Position numbers and translations under genes: made by a program
Part shown: in pieces, positions 23,301-32,353 of the stretch
Layout of the letters: every line of letters begins with the position of its first letter
Position numbering within the stretch: the stretch's first letter is position 1
From: the human T2T-CHM13v2.0 reference genome, Homo sapiens
Direction: 5' to 3' (one strand)
Assembly (NCBI RefSeq): GCF_009914755.1
Contig: NC_060939.1
Length of the DNA stretch: 64,000 nt
Notes under the pieces: model-generated
The model's input: only the letters and a program-made list of their open reading frames with translations
What the model was told of the DNA's origin: nothing
Databases searched by the model: none

Positions 23301-26300
23301 GTACATAAGCTTCCCTTCTCTGGGCCACCGTTTCCTCATCTGTAACTTGAAAAGTTTGCATGAGAAGCCAAAGGGCTCTTCCAGTTCCAAGATTCAAAGA
23401 GAAACTTACAGGAAAGGTTGTTCAGTTCACAGAAAAAGGTGACTGTATTGTGTCGGCACGACACTGCCCCAAAATCAAAATGGCTCAAGTCCACTTTCAA
23501 AAATGTCAGTGCTCACCAACAGTGGGTGAAAAGGCTGCCTGACCCAGCTTCTCAGAGAGCCAGTGCCTCAAATCCAATGCATGGCAATTGCTCTGGGGCC
23601 CCTGGTTTTAAGCTGGCTTTGTTATTTGTGGCTGACACTGGAAAGCCTCTGCACAAACAAGATGGCAAGTGATGAGCCGGTCAGTCATCACTGCCTTCCC
23701 AGACTCTCTGAACCACCCTTGACATTCTGCCTGGAAGCAGGGGGCTTGGTGGAGGTGGGTGACCTCTTGAAGTCCCGGGCCAGGCCTGTGATTCTGTAAT
23801 CTTTGCTTTACCATAATTAGGGAGGGAGGCAGAAGAGCAGGAGGAGAAACCATTTATTACTTCTCTGGGATTTTGACAGCTTGGAAAAAGAGAGAGACAG
23901 AGAAACAGCCAGAGAAGGAGCCAGCCACAGTGAGTTTAACCTCTCAGTAAAATAAAAATGGGCTGGACGCACCTCATCAGCTGCCCTCTGTCAATACCCG
24001 GGCCCATCTGGCAGGACTCGAGGTTCCCAGCTAATTGGCATTTCCCATAGAGCCAGCAAAGGAGAGCTTTTAAAAAAAATATGTGGTGGTGATGGTGGAG
24101 TGCGTGTGCGTGTATGCGCGCAGGCTGAGGACTGCCACACTTCCCAAGGTGCTAGCTCTATAGATCATCTATTATATAAAAGTACAGACAGTCCCCACCC
24201 CCACCCCAGCTTAAAGATGAAGAATCCAGCCTGTTTGTTCCAGGCAGATGTAATCACACGAACAGTCAAGTCTAGAGGGCAGGACACTGCATGAATAATT
24301 CAAGCACTCCAGTCACTTGATTGTGTGTGCCGATAAAACACCAGTCAACCGCTAAACAGGTCAGCTGATAAACTTGTTTGCTCAGGCCTAACCACCATTC
24401 GCCAAATGCACCCAAGACCCACACTACAATTAGTGGCAGGGCTTTCTTCTACAGAACCCTTGCAAACCTAGGGAGTGGCCAGCTCCATTAGATCAGGGTT
24501 GCATTTCACGGCACAGGTTTCTTCACCTCCTTGCCTCTTTGTTCCTCCACAGCCACAGGGTGATTTCACCCAACTCAGAGACTGCCATAAGCTTGCAAAG
24601 CCACTGCATTCAGAGCACACATGTTCAGGCTGGGAACTCAGGCTAGAGGGCAAAGGTGAGTGGCAAGCAAGGTAAAGTGCCCAGTGGGGAAGCCAGAGGG
24701 CTGGATTTGAATCCCAGCTCTGCCCTCCTGGCCTCCCTGAAGCCTCAGTTTCCTCACCTATAAACAGGGGGCAAAGAATGCCTCTATCCACCACTGGCAG
24801 CTGAGAGGATTAAATGAGACAACGTAGCCAAACCCCAGGCATTCTCCCCTTAAGAACCTTGTTTGGGGAATGGCCAGAAATCCCAGATGTACACAGCTGC
24901 TCTTTATATAAACCCCACCACCAAATGCGTTAAGATATTTAACTCTTCCTGCGTTCACAGCATCCCCAGGACTCACAGAACAGATCTGCTGCGAGCCAAG
25001 GTGGATTCTTAGTGCCAAAGCACCATTCATTCACAGACATGCGGAACACCACCCATGCAGACCTCAACATGCAACGAGACATTACACCTTAATTACCAAG
25101 CTCTTCCAATAACTGCTGCTATAAATTTTAAACCTGGGTGCAATTACCCTCTTTAAACACACCCAAGATACTATTTGAGAAAAAAAAAATTAAGACAGGG
25201 CAGACAAAGGGAGGAAGTGGCACCCTGCATACACCCCAAGGTCCTTGAAACACCTGGGCCCCCAGTTCCATTTCAAGCATTCTTCTGGGACCTGGCCCCT
25301 TCCAATTGCAGAACCTGTCTCTATTCTATTTTTCCAAGGAGAAATATCTTTACGTATAAAGCCCTGTCTATTATTTCTGTGTGTCAAGAAGTAAAAACAT
25401 GGTAGCCTTCATGTGCCTTCCTAAGGGACTAACTAATCCCTCAGGAAGCCACAAGCTGGCTTCCCACACATTGCTCAATAAACTCAGGCCCCTTTCTGGC
25501 TTCCCTTCACCCAACACTGGGGGCTCCCTCCAGGAGGGGAAAGGAAACTACAGATCCCAAAGGCTCTATAGGAAGCCACCCGAGTGGGTAGGAATCTGCC
25601 CACTTTCCAGGGTCACCTGCCCTTCTCACCTGCCCTGGGTCCTGCCTCCTTAAAGAGCAAAATTGAAACCTTGTAAACGACTGTTAATTTAGAGCAGAAA
25701 ATCCATTCAAGTCACGGTCACCAAAGGCTAGAATGAGTCAACAGCCTTCTGAGATTTCATGAACACCAATTGTTAAAAAGAACAACCGGCCTGCCTGCTC
25801 CATTTATACGTGCCAAGTCAACTCTAAACGTTGGCCAAGCCAAATTATAGGCAGCCTTTCCTCAGAACACAAATACACAAACAGGCCTCTCCCACAGCCC
25901 AGCCTAGCACTGGGACTAGTTACTGATATGCACTGAGATAAAGGGTGTTTGTATTTGCTCGGTTTGAGGTATACTGTTATTAGAAGAGTGACAATACCAG
26001 GTAGTTTACATATCCATCAAACGACACCACACTAGCTAAACTGGTTTGACTTCAGGATTTCAAAGCTGAGCTCAACCCCCAGCCATCTCGAAAGTCCTGG
26101 CTAGGCTGCCCCTGGGCAAGTTACTTCACCCAGGAGCTTCAGCTTCCTTCTCTGTAAAATGGGAACTCGGCTGCCTTCAAATCAAGACAGGGATGAGAAA
26201 GCCACCTTGTCAATGCAAGGCACTGAAGTTGTATTTCATTCTGGCTTCATATTTTTAAGCAGTTAGTGGCTTCGTTCCCTTAAATTTCGACAGCTCAGCC

Positions 26301-26757
26301 TGGCTTTTAAGGTTCTTGAAGTTTAATCTTATCAAGGCAGAACATCACATTTCTGCAAAAAGAAAAAAAAAAGGAGAAAGAAAAAAAAAATCCTCCTGCA
26401 TTTCCTCTTGAGAATTTTACATTAAAACAGATAAAAGCAGCCAGCCACCTCTGGGCTTTCAGGAGTTTGTAAAGCAGATCCTGGAGGTACAACTTTCCCT
26501 TTGGTCCTTTATCCTCCACCGAGATCCAAGACCAGGACTAATTTCACAAGCTCAAATGCTAAAAGCTCAACATGTCTAAAAAAAAATCAGCAAAGCCTCA
26601 GACCTTGCATTTCAAGGACTGGATCCATTCACTCTTCAAGGAGAAGGGGGAGGAATCGAAGAAGCAGGCTCACTTTCAAACAAGAGAGAACATAAGAAGT
26701 CCACATATATAAGTTTTTAAAAAATGAAATATATTTTTAAAAGAGAAAAGCACTTAC

Positions 26758-26802
26758 CTGCTTGTGCATTTCAATGTTCAAGCCATAGGACATCTCATAG
26801 TA
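26758..26802 (-). CDS. TLE3: TLE3 exon 4 (YYEMSYGLNIEMHKQ)
   Basis: ttttag|TACTATGAG...AAGCAG|GTAAGT; 45 nt. Too short for the ORF track; read directly from the sequence. Confidence 0.97.
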
Positions 26803-27803
26803 CTAAAAGTAAAAAGAATGGCTATTAACAGACAACACAGAAATCTGGTCATTTTTCAAAATCAGTTTTTTCTTGGAAAGGTTTTGGCCAAATCATACTT
26901 TTACGATACATTTGCTAAAGAAGTTTAAATCAAACCCCAAAGCCAGCTTACAGAGCGGTTTAAGAGCTGACAAGGGCGAGCGTTCCTCTCATCTCAACAG
27001 AACGTTATATTATGTGGTAGTAAGGGGAGCTGGGCCTTCCCTCCCACAAGCACCACATGTGCCCTATATCCTGTTTATACAAGGTTCAGGTTCAACAGGG
27101 AATCGTGTGTACACTGGGACCCTCTTGTCCTCTGAGAGTTATTTAGCACTGTGTCGAAGGCCTCTTATGTGGAAAGCAGTGCAGGGAGCCGTGCCCTCTC
27201 ACAAATGAAGATTAAAACTTGCTGGGCAAAAGGAAGACAGTCTGCCTACTGCCCCAGCGTGGAGAAGATACCCAGCTGGGGGATCCCTGAGGAGGGGAGT
27301 GGAGGCAGAGAGAGCTTTACAAGGCCTCTCCACTCCTCACAACACCCTGGGGAAGGAGGGCTTCTGTCCTACTCTGGCTAGATCCCAGCTGCAAAGCAGA
27401 AAAGTTTCCAAACACTCCCAGGAGGTCACTAAGAGAGATTTTTACCAACCCTAATTTCACATGGGCTGGTCCAATCCTATCTTACTAGCCAAGATAGGGC
27501 AATGGCAATCAGCCCCTGGGAAACTTTCAAAACACAAATTAAAGGCACATAAAGATAGTACAGAAGTCTCCGGCCTGGAATCGGGGTTTCTCTTTCTGCC
27601 CCTCCCCTCACTCACCCTCCTCCAAGTGGCCCCGGCAATGGAAGCTGGGGAAGGGGAGGGCAAGACCAGATTATGCCCTCTCTCAGGGCCGCCCTGCGGC
27701 TGGGCGGTGGTGGGGACCTGGCGCTCATCTCCCCAGATCCACGCCGCGCCCCCGGCCGGGGTCGGCGCCCCAACCGCCCCCCAGGCCCGCGGCCGCATCT
27801 CAC

Positions 27804-27867
27804 CATCACATAATGGCGCTGCATCTCCGTCTTCTCGTTTGCCAGCTTGTCGTACTCCACTTTGAGG
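27804..27867 (-). CDS. TLE3: TLE3 exon 3 (S)[21 protein letters not shown]
   Basis: cgcag|CCTCAAAG...GTGATG|GTGAGA; 64 nt, phase 2 to 0. Confidence 0.97.
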
Positions 27868-28385
27868 CTGCGAGGGCAGGAGGAGCCGGCTCAGGCGTGG
27901 CGCCTGGACAGCCTCCTCTGAGGCCCCGACCCAAGGGCCTCTAGAGCCACTTTTCCACTTTCCTGACACCCCCCCGGGGGCGCCCCCATTATCCCACAGC
28001 CTGGGGACGCGGGGGGATTTGGGTCCCCGCCGTGGGGAGGGGGATGTGAAACAATTCGAAACTTCCCGCGAGCCAAAGGACTTATCACGGCAGCAGGGGA
28101 GTAGGACCCTGACGCTGGCTCCCGACACCCAGAACCCGGAGTGAACCCGCTCGCCGCGACCTAGACCCTCATTCGGGGACCCCACGGGCGGCGCTGGGAG
28201 CCGGGCTGCTGCGGGCAGTAAAGGGTTAAGGCGGCGCGCTCGGAAAGGGGAAACAAAAGGCGGAGGCCCGGGCTGCCCCGCCGCCCCTAGGTCGGGAGCC
28301 CCCTCCGTCCCCGCGGGGGATGGCAGGAGCCGCGCAGGGACCCACCCCTCCCCGCCAGCCCCGGGGCGGCCCCCACCGGCCTTAC

Positions 28386-28486
28386 CTGTGATACTGAGCT
28401 TGCAGGAACTGGAATTCGTCTTTGATCCTGTCACAAGACTCAGCCACCGTGAATTTAAATCCCGGCTGCCCGGGTTGATGGGGAGC
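28386..28486 (-). CDS. TLE3: TLE3 exon 2 ([33 protein letters not shown]+AG)
   Basis: ctccag|GCTCCC...CACAG|GTAAGG; 101 nt, phase 0 to 2. Confidence 0.97.
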
Positions 28487-28999
28487 CTGGAGCCCGCGAA
28501 GACAAGACAGGGGAGGGGGCGGGGGCATGAGACCGCGCTCAGAGCGGCCCCGGCCCCTCCCCAACGGCGCCCAACCAAAAGAGGCCACCCTCAGCCCAGA
28601 ACCTTCCCAGCAAGTTTCTCAGCTCTCCGACGGGGCGGAGGGGGGGCGCCCCATCTCTCCCCGTCGGCAGCGGGGCTCCCATGCCTTTCACCAAGGGCCT
28701 CCCTCTCCCCAGTAAGGCGGGGGCGGGAGACAAGCCGGGTGAGTTGGGAGACTTCAGAGCGGGGCCGGGGACCGCGTGAACAGCTCCCCCTGGAACACAA
28801 GCAGCCCCCCGCGCCACTCGCGCGGAATTAACCTCCTCTCTCAACGGCGCCCCCCGGCCGCATCCCCCTTTGTGTGAGAGCACACACACAAACACACACA
28901 CCATAAAGGTAGCAACAAGCAAAATGGAGGTGCCAGATAAACTGCCTCGTTTACCCTGCCATGATAGATGCTTAAATAAACCGAGTTGCAATTACTCAC

Positions 29000-29023
29000 C
29001 GGATGTCTGCCCTGCGGATACAT
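29000..29023 (-). CDS. TLE3: TLE3 coding exon 1 (MYPQGRHP)
   Basis: Minus strand GCC-ATG TAT CCG CAG GGC AGA CAT CCG|GTGAGT. G at -3; strong donor. Confidence 0.97.
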
Positions 29024-29672
29024 GGCAGGGAGGGGTCGTGATTCCGAGAGCGTGGAAGCGCCGAGAGCCCGGGCCGGGGAGGTGCGGGGGAGGGGGGAGC
29101 CGAGCCCGAGCGGGGGGCGGCCGGGAAACCGAGAGCTCGCCCCCGGCCCCCCCAGCTCGTTCTCGCAGCGAAATCCCAGAGTCGGGCGCCCGCCCCAAGT
29201 GGAGACAAAGAGCCGCGGAGCAGGCGGCAAAGTCGTCGGCGGGCGCCGGGGCCGGGCGGCGGGCGCGGGCTTTGTGCGCCTAGGGCTCGGCGGGCAGCGG
29301 CCGGCCGCCTTCCCTGGGCTGCGTCGAGCGCGTCAATGCCTGGGACTGCGCGGACATCGTCGGCTCCCCAGCAGGTCCGGCGCGGGGTCCCGAGGCCGGG
29401 GGCCCCTCCTGGGGCGAGCTCGGGCCCCCTCCGGGTCACTCAGCGGGTCGCGCCTGTAGGGGGGCGCGCCGGGGCAGCCCCAAGCATCCGGGGCGCGCGG
29501 GTCCGATCCTAGAGGCGTCCGGGCCTGGGGCTCGCGGCGAGAAGAGGAAGGAGGCGGGCTACGAGGTGGTGGCTTGGGGCCGCAGGAGCGCCGGAGGGTG
29601 AGGGCGGGAGCCCGGCGCGGGCGCTTCGACGCCCCCCCTCGGAGAGGAGAGCCTGCTGTTCCGTCTGCTACT

Positions 29673-29699
29673 GCCGCTGCCGCCGCCGCCGCCGCCGCT
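29673..29699. repeat. GCC/CGG trinucleotide tract (6 pure GCC flanked by GCT interruptions) in the putative 5' UTR
   Basis: gccgctgccgccgccgccgccgccgct. Confidence 0.9.
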
Positions 29700-29991
29700 G
29701 CAAGCCCTTCCCAGGGCCGGGGAGGAACTCCGGGCTCAGTAGGTGCAAATCAAACGCCCTGGCATCCTAAGTCCAGCGGGCACGGGAAGCCTCCGCAAAG
29801 GGTTCTCGCTGCTCCCAGCTTGAGCACCGCGTCCCCACCGAGGAGCGCTCAGCGCCACCGCCGCTGCCGCGTCGGAGCGCACAGGCAGGAGAGCGCTGGA
29901 GGGGAGACGCAGCCCGAGACCGGGGAGCTCTACGGCTTCCTTCCTTCCCCTCGGCCCGGCTCTCCTCTCCGCGCCCCGGCAAACCCCCAAA

Positions 29992-30040
29992 ACACACACA
30001 CCCAACACACACACACGCGCGCACGCACACACACACACAC
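29992..30040. repeat. Interrupted (CA)n/(CG)n microsatellite near the TSS
   Basis: acacacacacccaacacacacacacgcgcgcacgcacacacacacacac. Confidence 0.85.
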
Positions 30041-30182
30041 CAAAAAAAAAGTGCCCCGGACCTACGGATACCACACACAGACAGGCGAAGGGGACGAGCA
30101 CGAGGTCTGAACTGCCGCGAGAGCAGTTCCAAATAGGGACTGAAAAGTAACAAAATAATGTGGCAGCTTCGTCCGGCGCTGG

Positions 30183-30257
30183 CCAATGGGAGCGCGGGGC
30201 CCCCACGTGGGGCTGCGGGACTCGGCCTACGACTGGGTGCCGCTGGGCGCGACGTCA
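30183..30257 (-). promoter_or_regulatory. Proximal promoter module: CCAAT box (30183-30187), palindromic E-box CCCCACGTGGGG (30201-30212), CRE-like TGACGTC (30251-30257)
   Basis: Motifs read directly; they sit immediately upstream of the presumed 5' UTR inside the CpG island. Confidence 0.65.
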
Positions 30258-31762
30258 CAATGCCCTCTTGTGTCTAAAACTATGCATGAAAAGTAGCAAT
30301 CAGGCCCTACCCGCTGGTGACTTTCGCATGGGAGTGAAAAACAGCGCTCCTCAGATCAGGAATTAACCGAAAGACATATAATAAATAGATATATATTATA
30401 GTCCTGGGCTGCTCGAGTTTTTTTCCTCCTTTTTTTTCCCACGATCTACTAGCAAATAATTATTTAGCGGGAGGAGGAAAGAGGGAAGACAGAGGAATAA
30501 CAACAAAAGAAAATAAGACAAGCTGTACAATCTTCAAAACCTGTGGCTGGTAGTAATGTATCAGTTTATTCTGCAGCGGCGGCGAACGATTCCTCCCTCT
30601 AATCTCATTAGGTCTGCAAAGCAGCCCAATTAGATACTATAAAACAAACAATCACTTTGTCACTTTAATGTTTTCACTTCAAAAGATTTAGGACTGATAA
30701 AACGGTGGCTCCTAAAGTTGCCTCCGACCTTTAAAAATTTGCTCGGAACTCAGGATGTCCCCTTTTCTTCACCCCTTCTTCTGCCCGCCTCCCCCACATT
30801 AGCCCCCAGCTCTCCTTTGTTCACTCGCCCTTCTTTTCAGAAAGCCAAATAAACAGCTCCTTTGATGTGCGGCGGCTGCCTGCGAGGAGAAGTCTGAGGG
30901 ACTCTGGCTAGGCGGGCAGCGCAGATGGAAGGGCCCGGCTGCCCGTGGACAACAGGCTCAGCCACGGCTGGCCCCATTCGGGGCGCCTTCCCCGTGGGCA
31001 CAACTTCACCCTCGACGCAGCCTCGCCGCGCGGGCTCCTCACTGCATCCCCAGGCTGAGGGGGTTGGGGATGGGGTCGGGACCCTGCTCGGCCGAGGCCC
31101 GGGAACTCCGAGTTCCCACCTGGTTTGCTCAGCCTGCTCCCGGCAGTGCCACGGCGTTGGCGGAAGCCTGTAGGTGTCTCGGTCGCTAGCCTGGACACTC
31201 CGAGGGACGCGGACGCTCCCCCGCTCGCTCGCCCCGGCCCCGGGCCCCCCGGACCCCCCGCTTGGTCGCACAGGCCACTCGACTCCGGGGCCAGCTTGCC
31301 CGCAAACCGATGGCCTCGCCCTCCCGCGCTCGGGGTTACGGCGGGGCAGACGAGCAAGCAGGGAGTGGACCTCAAAGCGCGCACCGCCCGGTGGACGGCC
31401 AAGGCGGGACCCCCGGGGCCCTCCCCGGCAAGTCCGCGAGCCCGCGCGCGAGCCGGCCGCGCGTCCCCGGATCTATATTTTCCCCTCATTAGGAGCCGGA
31501 GGTTCGCTTTTGCATCTTAATGAGGAGCTGAGAGCTAGCGGGCGCTCGGAGGCCGGAGCGCGGGGAGTTACACGTGAGCACCCGCCTCAGAACTGAACCT
31601 CCCCGCGCCCGCTCCGGCCGCCAGCCCCGAACCGCGCTCCCCTCTTCATTATTTATTCTCCTAAATAAAAACATAAATCGTGTTTCGGCGCGCACCGAAG
31701 ACGGGGGAGGGAGAAGCCCGGCTCGACAGATGCGAGCATCTGGCCGCAGCATTCATTAGAAA

Positions 31763-32008
31763 CAAAATGGCTCCTCTTTGGCGCTTCCTTTCCCCCTCCC
31801 CCTTCTCTGCCCTCCCCCTTACGTCACGGGTGGGCGCACCCGCTTCTTACTCGCCCCGCCCATTTCTCGCTCCAGCCCCACGTGGGGGACGCCGACCACG
31901 CCTCCGAGCAAGGTGCGAGTCACCAATCACGGACCGCCGAAGGGGCTCTTCGTTGCTGATTGGCGGAGCTGCTGGGCCCTGTCAGTCCGCGGCCAGAGCT
32001 GTCAGTCA
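31763..32008. promoter_or_regulatory. Second promoter-like module: YY1-like CAAAATGGC (31763), CRE-like TTACGTCA (31819), CCCCACGTGGGG (31876), CCAAT (31923), ATTGG (31959), PBX/PKNOX-type CTGTCAGTCA (31999)
   Basis: Dense cluster of canonical CpG-island promoter motifs read directly. Confidence 0.55.
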
Positions 32009-32269
32009 AAACCACGCGGGGTGGGGGAGCGCTGACAAATGCCGAGGCTTCTGAGCCTCCCGCTTGCAAATAGTGCTTGGAATGGCTGCTTAATTAGCTT
32101 TGAATGGCTTTTCCTTCCAGCTCAAACAATCTGTCACTACCATGTGGTATAAAGGAGCCATGCATAAAAAAGTAAGCAGAGGCTAAATATCAATTTGATT
32201 TTGTGTATCAAAGGAATATTTTATTTTTCTCCCTAGTAATGAAACGTATCAATTTAAATAATAAAAGGT

Positions 32270-32353
32270 AAAAACACACACACAAACAAAAAAAAAAAAA
32301 AAAAAAAAAGAAGAAGGAAAAGAAAAGAGGAAAAAAAAGAAAGAAAAAGAAAA
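32270..32353. repeat. A-rich / polypurine low-complexity tract
   Basis: (AC)n, then an A run of ~22, then ~45 nt of only A/G. Confidence 0.85.

Larger units (their letters stand above)
1..30150 (-). other. TLE3: TLE3 transcription unit, 5' portion (exons 1-6; the gene continues past position 1; TSS approximate)
   Basis: Six exons with GT/AG boundaries splice in frame (24+101+64+45+63+75 = 372 nt) to [124 protein letters not shown], which I recognise as the TLE3 N-terminal Q domain. Introns are 513, 518, 1001, 18371 and 1488 nt. The TSS is inferred only from promoter motifs. Confidence 0.96.
29024..30150 (-). other. TLE3: Putative long GC-rich 5' UTR of TLE3 (upstream limit approximate)
   Basis: GC-rich sequence running from the ATG up to the CCAAT/E-box/CRE cluster, with no convincing acceptor just before the ATG. 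Confidence 0.6.

Noticed and set aside
23563-23799. 78-aa plus-strand ORF with a hydrophobic N-terminus
   Set aside because: GTG start, antisense intronic location, no splice or homology support.
30183-30207. Possible ER-stress element (CCAAT-N9-CCACG)
   Set aside because: The spacing is 15 nt rather than 9.
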